Below are positions 53,293-61,873 of a stretch of DNA of 64,000 bases, one piece after another (within the stretch, counting starts at the first letter, position 1; every line of letters starts with the position of its first letter). The notes under the pieces were generated by a model. It was not told the DNA's origin. It saw nothing but the letters and a program-made list of their open reading frames with translations, and did not search any database. Source of the DNA: Nitriliruptoraceae bacterium (lineage in GTDB: Bacteria; Actinomycetota; Nitriliruptoria; Nitriliruptorales; Nitriliruptoraceae). The stretch is taken from contig JBKHEJ010000001.1 in NCBI GenBank assembly GCA_046540855.1, positions 6,099-70,098 on the forward strand. Direction: 5' to 3'. The position numbers were made by a program, and so were the translations under genes.

Positions 53293-53306
53293 CGAACGCT
53301 CGCACG
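53293..53306. promoter_or_regulatory. operator-like palindrome site 14 (CGAACGCTCGCACG; overlapping CGTACGAACGCTCG)
   Basis: 36 nt upstream of the M24 peptidase ATG; preceded by a TACGCT box. Confidence 0.5.
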
Positions 53307-53341
53307 CACCGCCTCCGACCGACCGGTCAGCAGGAGCCGAT

Positions 53342-54490
53342 ATGACCAGCGAGATCGTCTTCGACCACGCGGCCCGCCGCCGGCGCTTCGATGCCCTCAT
53401 GGACCAGGAGGGGGTCGACCTCGCCTGGTTCCCGATCAGCGCGGACCTCGAGTACCTGACCGGCATCCAGCGCCGCGTCCCCACCTTCGGTGAGGTGAAC
53501 TACACCCACGGGTGGGCGACCGGGGCGTTCCTGGCCCGCGGTAGGGAGCCGGTCTTCGTCCTGCCCCGGATGGTGACCGAGTTCGACCTGCCCGAGGGCG
53601 TGCCAGGCGAGGTCGTCACCGTCAACGAGCTCGACGACGGCGACGAGGTGTTCCAGCGCGTCGCGAGCCGGCTGGGCACCCCGCGGACGATCGCGGTCGG
53701 GGCGCGGACCTGGGGTTCGGCGATGCTGCGGATCCTGCAGGCCTTCCCCGGCGCCCAGCTCCAGGACGGCACGCGGCTGCTCAACCGGCTGCGCCGCATC
53801 AAGGACGAGCAGGAGCTCGACCTGATGCGGACGGTGTGCCGGATGGCCGACACCGCGCTCGGCGAGACGACACCGCGGGTCGAGGCCGGGGTCACCGAGC
53901 TCGACCTCGCCGAGGAGGTGAACTACCACCTGCTCCGCAACGGCGCGCGGACCTGGTCCTTCGACACCGCGGTGTGGTCGATGGGTCCGCTCGACGACCG
54001 GGACGCGACCGTGCGCATCTCCCAACAGGCGCTGCGCCCGGGGATGGGGGTCTCGTTCGACTTCGGTGCGGTCCACCTCGGCTACTGCTCCGACTTCGGG
54101 CGCACGATCCACATCGGCGAGCCCGGTGAGGAGTACGAGCGGGTCTACCACCTGGTGATGGCTGCCCAGCAGGCCGGGATCGACGCCGTCCGCCCGGGCG
54201 TGACCGCCGCCGAGGTCCACCAGGCCACCCGCAAGGTCATCGTCGAGGGCGGCTACGGCGACTGGTTCCGTCACCGCACCGGGCACGGCATCGGGCTGGA
54301 CGTCCACGAGGAGCCCTACATCTCCGAGGAGGACCAGACGCCGCTCGAGCCCGGGATGACCTTCACGATCGAGCCGAGCATCTTCTGGCCCGGTCGGGTC
54401 GGGGTGCGGGTCGAGGACATCATCGTGTGCACCGACGAAGGCGGCGTGAACCTCAACGAGTACAGCCACGACCTCGTGGCCCGAGACTGA
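53342..54490 (+). CDS. M24 family Xaa-Pro peptidase (prolidase/aminopeptidase P-like)
   Basis: ...DFGAVHLGYCSDFGRT...HRTGHGIGLDVHEEPYI...EPGMTFTIEPSIF...GVRVEDIIV. 382 aa. Confidence 0.9.
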   Translation: MTSEIVFDHAARRRRFDALMDQEGVDLAWFPISADLEYLTGIQRRVPTFGEVNYTHGWATGAFLARGREPVFVLPRMVTEFDLPEGVPGEVVTVNELDDGDEVFQRVASRLGTPRTIAVGARTWGSAMLRILQAFPGAQLQDGTRLLNRLRRIKDEQELDLMRTVCRMADTALGETTPRVEAGVTELDLAEEVNYHLLRNGARTWSFDTAVWSMGPLDDRDATVRISQQALRPGMGVSFDFGAVHLGYCSDFGRTIHIGEPGEEYERVYHLVMAAQQAGIDAVRPGVTAAEVHQATRKVIVEGGYGDWFRHRTGHGIGLDVHEEPYISEEDQTPLEPGMTFTIEPSIFWPGRVGVRVEDIIVCTDEGGVNLNEYSHDLVARD

Positions 54491-55260
54491 TGCCGAGCAC
54501 CGACCGCTGCCGCATCGGTGTGCAGCTCTGGCCGCAGGCGACCACCACCGACGCGCTGCGCCGCGCCGCCGTGGACGCCGAGGAGGCGGGGGTCGACAGC
54601 ATCTGGATCTGGGACCACTTCTTCCCGCTCCGCGGGGATCCTCAGGCGGCGCACTTCGAGTCGTGGACGCTGCTGTCGGCCGTCGCCGTGGAGACCTCCC
54701 GGGTCCAGCTCGGGCACCTGGTGGGTGGTGCGGCCTACCGCAACCCGCACCTGGTCGCCGACATGGCACGCACGGTCGACCACCTCAGCCACGGCCGGTT
54801 CGTGCTCGGGCTCGGTGCCGGGTGGTTCCAGCGCGACTACGAGGAGTACGAGTACCCGTTCGGTACGGTCGGCACGCGGGTCCGCGACCTGGACGCCTAC
54901 CTGTACCGGGTGCGCCGGCGCCTCACCCGGCTGACACCGCCGCCCGTCGGGCCGCTGCCGATCCTGGTCGGGGGGATGGGGGAGCGGGTCATGCTGCGCC
55001 TCGTCGCCGAGCACGCCGACGTGTGGAACGGCGCCGGTTCGCCGGAGGAGTTTGCGCGCGCCAACGCCACCCTGGACGGCTGGTGCGAGCGGATCGGTCG
55101 GGACCCCGCCACGATCGAGCGCACCTGCCACATCGCTCTCGAGGCTGCGGACGAGGTCGAGGCCTACGTCGCCGCGGGAGCGCAGGAGCTGATGATCCAG
55201 TGCCCCGACCCCTTCGACCTGGGGCCTGCCCGTCGCATGCTCGCGGCCGTGGGCGCCTGA
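54490..55260 (+). CDS. LLM class flavin/F420-dependent oxidoreductase
   Basis: ATG 54490 shares one nt with the upstream stop (TGATG). ...GVDSIWIWDHFF...GRFVLGLGAGW... 256 aa. Confidence 0.8.
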   Translation: MPSTDRCRIGVQLWPQATTTDALRRAAVDAEEAGVDSIWIWDHFFPLRGDPQAAHFESWTLLSAVAVETSRVQLGHLVGGAAYRNPHLVADMARTVDHLSHGRFVLGLGAGWFQRDYEEYEYPFGTVGTRVRDLDAYLYRVRRRLTRLTPPPVGPLPILVGGMGERVMLRLVAEHADVWNGAGSPEEFARANATLDGWCERIGRDPATIERTCHIALEAADEVEAYVAAGAQELMIQCPDPFDLGPARRMLAAVGA

Positions 55261-55321
55261 GCACAGCCGACCCGCGACACCCCCCGCCCCGACGACCCCG
55301 CACCTGGCGACAGGAGCCGAC

Positions 55322-56230
55322 GTGGTCCCCTTTCGGATCGGCGCGAAGCTGCCGAGCTCCGGCGCCCAGCCGGCAGAGCACGGCATCCCGGCCATGGCCC
55401 GGCGGCTCGAGGTCGCCGGCTTCGACTCGGCCTGGGTCTCCGACCACGTGCTGATGACCGAGGACACCTCGCGCTCCTACTACCCCTTCGGCGATGACGG
55501 CTCGCCCGGGTGGGACGTGGAGATGCCGTGGTACGACGCGCTCATCGTGCTCGCGCAGGCCGCGGCCGTGACCGAGACGATCGAGCTCGGGACCGCCGTG
55601 CTCGTGCTCCCGCAGCGGCACCCGATCGTGCTCGCCAAGCAGGTCGCCTCGTTGGACGCGCTCGCGGGAGGTCGCGTGGCGCTCGGGGTCGGGGCCGGGT
55701 GGTTCCGGGAGGAGTTCGAGGCCCTCGGGGTGGACTTCGACGCCCGCGGGAAGCGGTTCTCGGAGTGGCTGGAGCTGCTGCGGCGCTGCTGGCAGGGCCG
55801 CCCCGAAGCCTTCGACGGCGTCCACTACCAGCTCCCTGCCGGGGTCATCCACGAGCCCACCCCCGCACGGCACGTGCCCCTGCTGATCGGTGGGGTCTCC
55901 GGCATCGCGCTGAGGCGGGCGGCGACCCAGGGCGACGGGTGGCTCGGCCTGCAGCGCGCCGACCGCCTCGACCCCGATGAGGTGGCGGGGGCCGTGGCGC
56001 GCATGCGCGCGGAGGCGACCGCCGCCGGACGCGATCCGGCCGAGCTTCGGGTCGTGCTCAGGATCATCCTCTCGGCGGGCCGGACCGATCTCGTCGCCGC
56101 CACTGTCCCGGCCCTCAGGGCCGCTGGTGTGGACGAGATCGTGGTCGACACCGATTGGGAGGCCGACCTCGACGAGCAGCGCGTCCTCGACCGGCTCCGG
56201 GACGCCGCGAGCCAGGGAGCAGCCCGATGA
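55322..56230 (+). CDS. LLM class flavin/F420-dependent oxidoreductase
   Basis: GTG 55322 after CAGGAGC. ...AGFDSAWVSDHVL...GRVALGVGAGW... 302 aa. Confidence 0.8.
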   Translation: MVPFRIGAKLPSSGAQPAEHGIPAMARRLEVAGFDSAWVSDHVLMTEDTSRSYYPFGDDGSPGWDVEMPWYDALIVLAQAAAVTETIELGTAVLVLPQRHPIVLAKQVASLDALAGGRVALGVGAGWFREEFEALGVDFDARGKRFSEWLELLRRCWQGRPEAFDGVHYQLPAGVIHEPTPARHVPLLIGGVSGIALRRAATQGDGWLGLQRADRLDPDEVAGAVARMRAEATAAGRDPAELRVVLRIILSAGRTDLVAATVPALRAAGVDEIVVDTDWEADLDEQRVLDRLRDAASQGAAR

Positions 56231-57867
56231 GCGCCGACGCGAACGTCCGCCAGCTCGGCCTCGAGTTGTGGGAGTGGCGGCTTCCGACGCAGTTCCGGAC
56301 CTCCGACGACATCCCCCGGGTCGACCGGCCACGTGGGTGGCTGCCGAGTATCACGCCCGCCTCGGTCGAGGAGCGACTCGCCACCGCCGAGCACTTCCGC
56401 CGCCGCTGGGAGGCGGTCGACCGCGCCGAGCTGTCGCCGGCGGGGGAGGTCGACCACCGCCTGCTCGGCTCAGCGCTCGCTCGTGTGCGCTGGGAGTGCG
56501 AGCTCCTGCGCAACTGGGAGCGCGACGCGGTCCTGCTCGCCGAGCAGGCGATCGGCCCCTACTTCGACCTGCTGCTAAGGCCACCGCCCTTCCGCGAGGA
56601 GCGGGTCGCAGACCTCGCGCACGTGCTCGCCAACGTGCCGGCGCAGCTCGAGGTCGCCCAGGCCAGCCTCGCCCGTGCCGGGGTCCGCCCGCTCGCCGCA
56701 GCCGCCGTCCGGCTCCTCAGCGGCATCGAGGACGCCCTGCCGGCCTCGATCGCGGGCCTCGAGGGGCTCGTCGGCGCCGGTGACCACGACACCCTCACCG
56801 GGCTCGGCGCTGACGCGGCCGCCGCCCTCGCGAGCTTCCGGGGGTGGCTCAGCGAGAGCCTCGACACCTTCGCGCCCCTCACGCCCATCGGCCGCGACGG
56901 GTTCGTGTGGTTCCTCCGGCACGTCGCGCTCCACCCCGGGCAGCCGGAGGACCTCGTCACCGCCGCCTGGCGCGAACTGGACCGCGCGACCGTGTGGGAG
57001 GCGATCGAGCGCAACCGTCACCGGGACGCCCCCCAACCACCGCTGCCAGCCACCGCCGCGGAGCAGGTCGAGGACCAGGCGCGCCGGGAGCGTGAGGTCC
57101 GGGCCTTCTACGAGCAGGAGGGGCTGCTGACCCAGCCCGCTCGGCTGCGGCACTACCTCACCGCGCCGATGCCGCCCTACCTCGCCCCCATCAGCTGGCT
57201 CGGGGTCACCGACGACCTCACCGGCGACGACCGGTTGGCTGAGGACGGGGTCTCCTACACCCCCGAGCCCGGGCCGGACCTGCCCTACTTCTACGCCGCG
57301 AACGCCCGCGATCCCCGGCTCGGCATCGTCCACGAGGGGGCGCACTACCAGCAGCTCGCCCTCGCGTGGGCCCACCCGAACCCCCTGCGGCGGCGCTACT
57401 ACGACTCGCTCCCGAACGAAGGCATCGCCTTCTACAACGAGGAGTTCCTGCTCCAGGCCGGCCTGTTCGAGGACGCGCCCCGCTCCCGTGAGGTGATCCA
57501 CAACTTCAACAAGCTGCGCTCGCTCCGGGTCATCGTCGACGTCAACCTCGCCACCGGCGCGTTCAGCCTCGAGGAGGGGGTCGCCGCCTTCGTCGAGCTC
57601 GTGCCGATGGACGAGGAGACCGCGTTCGAGGAGACCGCGAGCTACACCGCGAACCCCGGTCACGCCATGACCTACCTGGTGGGCAAGCAGCAGATCCTGG
57701 CGCTGCAGGCCGAGCTGCTGCGGGCCCAGGGGGAGGCGTTCTCGCTGCGGGCCTTCCACGACCGGCTGTGGCTCGAGGGCAACGTGCCCCTCGCGCTGCA
57801 GCGCTTCGAGGTGCTCGGCGACCGTTCGGAGCTCGAGGTCCTCGACGCCGCCGGACCCTGGTGGTGA
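56227..57867 (+). CDS. DUF885 family protein (paralog of 11255..12928) with a plain HExxH motif
   Basis: ATG 56227 overlaps the upstream stop (ATGA). 546 aa. HEGAH at 57331-57345, at the position equivalent to HEIYPGHH in the paralog. Confidence 0.75.
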   Translation: MSADANVRQLGLELWEWRLPTQFRTSDDIPRVDRPRGWLPSITPASVEERLATAEHFRRRWEAVDRAELSPAGEVDHRLLGSALARVRWECELLRNWERDAVLLAEQAIGPYFDLLLRPPPFREERVADLAHVLANVPAQLEVAQASLARAGVRPLAAAAVRLLSGIEDALPASIAGLEGLVGAGDHDTLTGLGADAAAALASFRGWLSESLDTFAPLTPIGRDGFVWFLRHVALHPGQPEDLVTAAWRELDRATVWEAIERNRHRDAPQPPLPATAAEQVEDQARREREVRAFYEQEGLLTQPARLRHYLTAPMPPYLAPISWLGVTDDLTGDDRLAEDGVSYTPEPGPDLPYFYAANARDPRLGIVHEGAHYQQLALAWAHPNPLRRRYYDSLPNEGIAFYNEEFLLQAGLFEDAPRSREVIHNFNKLRSLRVIVDVNLATGAFSLEEGVAAFVELVPMDEETAFEETASYTANPGHAMTYLVGKQQILALQAELLRAQGEAFSLRAFHDRLWLEGNVPLALQRFEVLGDRSELEVLDAAGPWW

Positions 57868-58514
57868 CCGAGGTCGACGCCACCCCCGCTCCGAGGCGCC
57901 GCCCGATCGTCCGGACCGTGCTGTGGCCGACGCGCGCCCAGTGGCGGGTGCGCGGGCCACGCTTGGTGCTCGGGCTCGCCATCATCGCGGTGGGGGTCGC
58001 CCTCATGGTCCGGGCGGAGTTCGGGCTCGCGCCCTACGAGGTCCTGAACCAGGGTGTCTCGGTCCGCACGCCCCTGACGATCGGCCAGGCCTCGATCGTC
58101 ATCGGGGTGGGCGTGCTGCTGCTGTGGTTCCCCCTACGGCAACGTCCGGGCTTCGGGACGGTCGTCAACGTGCTCGGGGTCGGCCTGATGCTCGACGCGT
58201 GGCTGCTCGTGATCCCCGGGCCGCCCACGCTGTGGATCCGGATGACGTTCCTGCTCGTCGGTGTCGTCCTGGTCGGGCTGGGCATCGGGCTCTACATCGG
58301 AGCTGGCCTCGGGCCCGGGCCGCGGGACGGGCTCATGACCGGTCTGGCGGAGTTCGGTGCACCCGTGTGGGCGGTGCGTCTCGCCCTCGAGTCCTCGGCG
58401 CTGCTGCTCGGCTGGTACCTCGGGGGCACGATCGGCATCGGGACGGTGGCCTTCGCGGTCGGTGTGCCCTTCCTCGCCCACTGGTCGCTGCGCCGCTTCG
58501 CCGTCCGCGAGTGA
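57864..58514 (+). CDS. polytopic membrane protein (YczE/YitT-like, about 5 TM helices)
   Basis: GTG 57864 overlaps the upstream stop (GTGA). ...LVLGLAIIAVGVALMVRAEFGLAPYEVLNQG...GPGPRDGLMTG... Family call is tentative. Confidence 0.6.
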   Translation: MTEVDATPAPRRRPIVRTVLWPTRAQWRVRGPRLVLGLAIIAVGVALMVRAEFGLAPYEVLNQGVSVRTPLTIGQASIVIGVGVLLLWFPLRQRPGFGTVVNVLGVGLMLDAWLLVIPGPPTLWIRMTFLLVGVVLVGLGIGLYIGAGLGPGPRDGLMTGLAEFGAPVWAVRLALESSALLLGWYLGGTIGIGTVAFAVGVPFLAHWSLRRFAVRE

Positions 58515-58555
58515 GCGGCCACGCGCCGCGGTCATCCGCGTCACCCCTCGCTGCG

Positions 58556-58569
58556 CGAACGAGCGTTCA
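58556..58569. promoter_or_regulatory. operator-like palindrome site 15 (CGAACGAGCGTTCA)
   Basis: 1 mismatch to the consensus. Immediately followed by TAGGCT (58571-58576), 28 nt before the cupin ATG. Confidence 0.6.
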
Positions 58570-58603
58570 CTAGGCTCCGTGGTCGGCCGCCTCGGAGGTG
58601 CTC

Positions 58604-59023
58604 ATGTCCGCCCGTCCGCTCCACCGCCGCCTCGAGGAGGTGCCGCTCGTCGCGGAGCCGGCGAACGACGTCGAGCTGCGCACGCTGCTCCGGGTCGAGG
58701 ACAGCGCCGCGGATCTGTCCATCACCTGGGTGCGCATCGACGGGCACCACCAGCGCCTGCGCACCGACGCGAGCACACGGCTGTACCAGGTGCTCGCGGG
58801 CGCCGGCACCATCACGGTGGGGGAGGAGCCGCTCGCGGTGGTGGCGGGCGACCTCGTGGTCATCCCGCCGTCGACGCCCTACCACCTCGATGGCACCCTG
58901 ACCTACCTGGTGCTCAACCAGCCCGGCTTCCGTGCCGGGGACGACCTCTACCTCGACGCAGCTGACGAGGTGCTCGGCAGCGAGCCGCCACCGAGGACGG
59001 CGCCGGGCCCTCCCAAGGTGTGA
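58604..59023 (+). CDS. cupin domain protein
   Basis: ATG 58604 after GGAGGTG. ...ITWVRIDGHHQRLRTDASTRLYQVLAGAGTITVGEEPLAVVAGDLVVIPPSTPYHL. Confidence 0.7.
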   Translation: MSARPLHRRLEEVPLVAEPANDVELRTLLRVEDSAADLSITWVRIDGHHQRLRTDASTRLYQVLAGAGTITVGEEPLAVVAGDLVVIPPSTPYHLDGTLTYLVLNQPGFRAGDDLYLDAADEVLGSEPPPRTAPGPPKV

Positions 59024-59544
59024 CGATGTCGACGACCCCCCGAGTCGCGATCCCCGACGGTGCCGTCCGCCCCGACGGCGTGGTCCCGATGGCCGACGTC
59101 ATCGCAGCACACGCCCCCGCTCTGGCCGAGGCGCGGCGGCGGTACTTCGACACCCTGCGGCCGCTCATGGACACCGACCCGGTCGCGCACGAGCTCCTGC
59201 GGCTCGCCACGGCCGAGCTGACCGGATGCCGGCTGTGCCGCAACCAGCGCTCGGCCGCCGCTGCCGAGGCCGGCGTCGACGAGGGCGTGATCGAACGCAC
59301 CCGGCTCGGGCGCTACGACGGGCTGGACGAGCGCTCCCGCACCGCGCTGCACCTCGGTGAGCGCATCCGTGCCCACCCGGGGGACCTCGCGACGGGGCCC
59401 GGGCCGGCGCCGGAGATCGACGCGCTCGCGGTCGCGGCCGGCACCGCGATGGTCATGACGACCACCCGGGCGCTCGCCGACGGCAAGGCGCTCGTCGCGC
59501 TCGGCCTCGAGCCCGAGAGCTACCCCGTCCAGGAGCCCGCATGA
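59020..59544 (+). CDS. carboxymuconolactone decarboxylase (AhpD-like) family protein with CxxC
   Basis: Start overlaps the cupin stop. ...AHELLRLATAELTGCRLCRNQR... 174 aa. Confidence 0.7.
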   Translation: MTMSTTPRVAIPDGAVRPDGVVPMADVIAAHAPALAEARRRYFDTLRPLMDTDPVAHELLRLATAELTGCRLCRNQRSAAAAEAGVDEGVIERTRLGRYDGLDERSRTALHLGERIRAHPGDLATGPGPAPEIDALAVAAGTAMVMTTTRALADGKALVALGLEPESYPVQEPA

Positions 59545-60068
59545 GCCCGGGGTTCGCGGGCGTCGCCCGCCACCATCCCGAGGTGTTCGCCACCTACGCG
59601 GCCTACGTCGACGAGGTCTGGGCCAGCGACGCGCTGCCACCGGGGACGCTCGAGCTGTGCCGGGTCCGGATCGCCCAGCTGCTCGGGGTCGAGAGCGAGC
59701 AGGCGGTCCGGCTCGGTCCCGCGGTGGCGGGGCTCGAGCCCAAGCTCGCACGCCTGGCGGCCTGGACCGACGATGCGCGCTTCACCGACGTGGACCGGGT
59801 CTGCCTCGCCTTCGCCGAGCAGTTCCTGCTCGACACCCAGGCGCTGGACGATCCGACGGCCGCGGCCGTGCGCGAGCGGGTCGGTGACGCGGGGCTGGTG
59901 ACCCTGGCTCTGGGTGTGGGGCTCGCCGAGGGCATGATCCGTGCCGCCGTCACGCTCGGCGACCGGCCGTCAGCCGGTCGCTACGTGTCCGCGGCCGACC
60001 GTGCGGCCGGTGCCGGCGGTGCGGCGGTGCTGGACCAGGCCCACGACCCCGGGCCCGATCGCGGGTGA
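59541..60068 (+). CDS. carboxymuconolactone decarboxylase (AhpD-like) family protein, no CxxC
   Basis: ATGA overlap with the upstream gene. ...LPPGTLELCRVRIAQLLGVESE...DRVCLAFAEQFLLD... 175 aa. Confidence 0.6.
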   Translation: MSPGFAGVARHHPEVFATYAAYVDEVWASDALPPGTLELCRVRIAQLLGVESEQAVRLGPAVAGLEPKLARLAAWTDDARFTDVDRVCLAFAEQFLLDTQALDDPTAAAVRERVGDAGLVTLALGVGLAEGMIRAAVTLGDRPSAGRYVSAADRAAGAGGAAVLDQAHDPGPDRG

Positions 60069-61009
60069 GCAGCCGGTCCGGGCTGTTCGCCACCAGCGAG
60101 GGTTCCCGGCCTGAGGCCTTCGGGCCGGTCGAGTGGGCGCTGCTGGTGGGGACCGCGACCATCTGGGGGTCCTCCTACCTGTGGATCGAGCTGGGCCTGC
60201 GCAGCCTCGAACCCGGGGTGATCTCCGCGGCCCGTGTCCTGCTCGGTCTGGTCGCGATCTGGCTCGTCCCGCGCTCCCGGCGACCCATCGATGCTGCCGA
60301 CCGGGGGCGGCTGTGGCTCCTCGGGCTCGGTTGGTTCGGGCTCCCCATGGTGACCTTCCCGATCGCCCAGGACCTCGGGGTGGCCTCCTCGGTGGTCGGG
60401 ATGCTGAACGGCGCCATGCCCCTGCTCACGACCTTCTTCGCCTCCCTCCTCCTGCGCCGAGCACCCCGTCCACGGCAGGTCATCGGCGTGGTGGTCGGGT
60501 TCGCCGGTCTCGTGGCGATCACGGCGCCGAAGCTCGCAGGTGCCGATGCCACGGCGCTGGGCGTGGCGATCATCCTCGGGACGATGGTCGTCGGCAGCCT
60601 GCTCGTGAGCGTGCTGGTGCCGATGCAGCAGCGCTACGGGGCGCTGCCGGTCCTCAGGCGCACGTTGACGATCGCGCTGGTGCCGACCCTGCCGTTGGCC
60701 GCGGTGGGCCTGCCCCGCTCGAGCGTCGAGCCGTTGAGCCTGCTCGCGATGCTGCCCCTCGGGCTCCTCAGCACCGGCCTCGCGTTCGTGCTGTGGACCA
60801 CCCTGGTGGGGCGTACCGGCGCGAGCCGTGGCTCGGTCGTCAGCTACCTCGTGCCCGTCGTCGCGATCGTGCTCGGGGTGGCGGTGCTCGCGGAACCGGT
60901 GGAGCCGGTGGCGCTCGGGGGGACAGCGCTGGTCCTGCTCGGTGCCTGGGCGGTCTCCGGACGGGAGCAGGGTGCCGCTCCAGGGCTCGGCACCGTCCCC
61001 GAGCGCTGA
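60065..61009 (+). CDS. EamA/DMT family transporter
   Basis: GTGA overlap with the upstream gene. About ten hydrophobic segments, two EamA-like halves. 314 aa. Confidence 0.8.
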   Translation: MSSRSGLFATSEGSRPEAFGPVEWALLVGTATIWGSSYLWIELGLRSLEPGVISAARVLLGLVAIWLVPRSRRPIDAADRGRLWLLGLGWFGLPMVTFPIAQDLGVASSVVGMLNGAMPLLTTFFASLLLRRAPRPRQVIGVVVGFAGLVAITAPKLAGADATALGVAIILGTMVVGSLLVSVLVPMQQRYGALPVLRRTLTIALVPTLPLAAVGLPRSSVEPLSLLAMLPLGLLSTGLAFVLWTTLVGRTGASRGSVVSYLVPVVAIVLGVAVLAEPVEPVALGGTALVLLGAWAVSGREQGAAPGLGTVPER

Positions 61010-61100
61010 CGCGCGGGTGCTGCTCGCCTACGGTGGCGGCCTACGCGCGGCGCCTTGCTCGCCGGCCCCCCCCGGGTGCTAGGCTCCGCCGTGGCACGAA

Positions 61101-61114
61101 CGAACGCTCGTTCT
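61101..61114. promoter_or_regulatory. operator-like palindrome site 16 (CGAACGCTCGTTCT within ACGAACGAACGCTCGTTCTGCACG)
   Basis: About 15 nt after TAGGCT (61080-61085); 46 nt upstream of the bioY start. Confidence 0.55.
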
Positions 61115-61159
61115 GCACGGGTCCACCCTCGGATCCGTGCGCCGTCCCAGGAGAACAAC

Positions 61160-61741
61160 GTGAGCTCGATCGCCGCACCGAACCCGATCGCCCCGGGCCG
61201 TGTCCTGGCCGATCTCGTCCCTGGCAGCCGCGTCAAGGACGTGGCGCTGGTGGGCGCCTTCGCCGCCGCCATCGGCCTGTCGGCGCAGATCGCCGTCCCG
61301 CTCCCGTTCACCCCGGTGCCGGTCACCGGCCAGACCTTCGCCGTGCTCCTCGGCGCCGCGGCGCTCGGCGCCGGCCGTGCCACCCTCGGGGCCTCGCTCT
61401 ACCTCGTCCTCGGGCTGGTCGGGGTCCCGTGGTTCACCGCCACCGGCGGCGCCTCCTTCGGCTACATCGTCGGCTTCCTCGTCGCGGCGGCGCTCGTCGG
61501 CCGGCTCGCGCGGCTCGGCAACGACCGCACCGTCGGGCGGACGGTCGCGCTGATGGCGGTCGGCAACCTCGCGATCTACGCCTTCGGGGTCGCCGGTCTC
61601 GCGCTGTACCTCGGCGTCGGTGTGGTGGAGGCCACCGTTCTCGGCGCCGTCCCCTTCCTGGTCGGCGACGCCCTCAAGCTCGTCCTGGCCGCGGCGCTCC
61701 TGCCGGCCACCTGGAAGCTCGTCGGTCCCACGCAGGGCTGA
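61160..61741 (+). CDS. bioY: BioY family biotin transporter (ECF S-component type), solitary
   Basis: GTG 61160 after CAGGAGAA. ...AFAAAIGLSAQIAVPLPFTPVPVTGQTFAVLLGAAALG...GYIVGFLVAA...VPFLVGDALKLVLAA. Confidence 0.85.
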   Translation: MSSIAAPNPIAPGRVLADLVPGSRVKDVALVGAFAAAIGLSAQIAVPLPFTPVPVTGQTFAVLLGAAALGAGRATLGASLYLVLGLVGVPWFTATGGASFGYIVGFLVAAALVGRLARLGNDRTVGRTVALMAVGNLAIYAFGVAGLALYLGVGVVEATVLGAVPFLVGDALKLVLAAALLPATWKLVGPTQG

Positions 61742-61750
61742 CGCCCCACG

Positions 61751-61790
61751 GGCGCCGGCCGGCCGAACCCCCCGTCGGTCGGCCGGCGCC
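61751..61790 (+). terminator. GC-rich hairpin after bioY
   Basis: GGCGCCGGCCG...CGGCCGGCGCC (11-bp perfect outer stem plus inner pairing), 10 nt after the stop. Confidence 0.55.
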
Positions 61791-61873
61791 GCTCCACCTA
61801 CCCGGCCGGCGGGTCACCCTCGGACCGGTTCCGGTGCGGTGCCCACCGCACCTGTGGACGCTGCCGACCGCTC

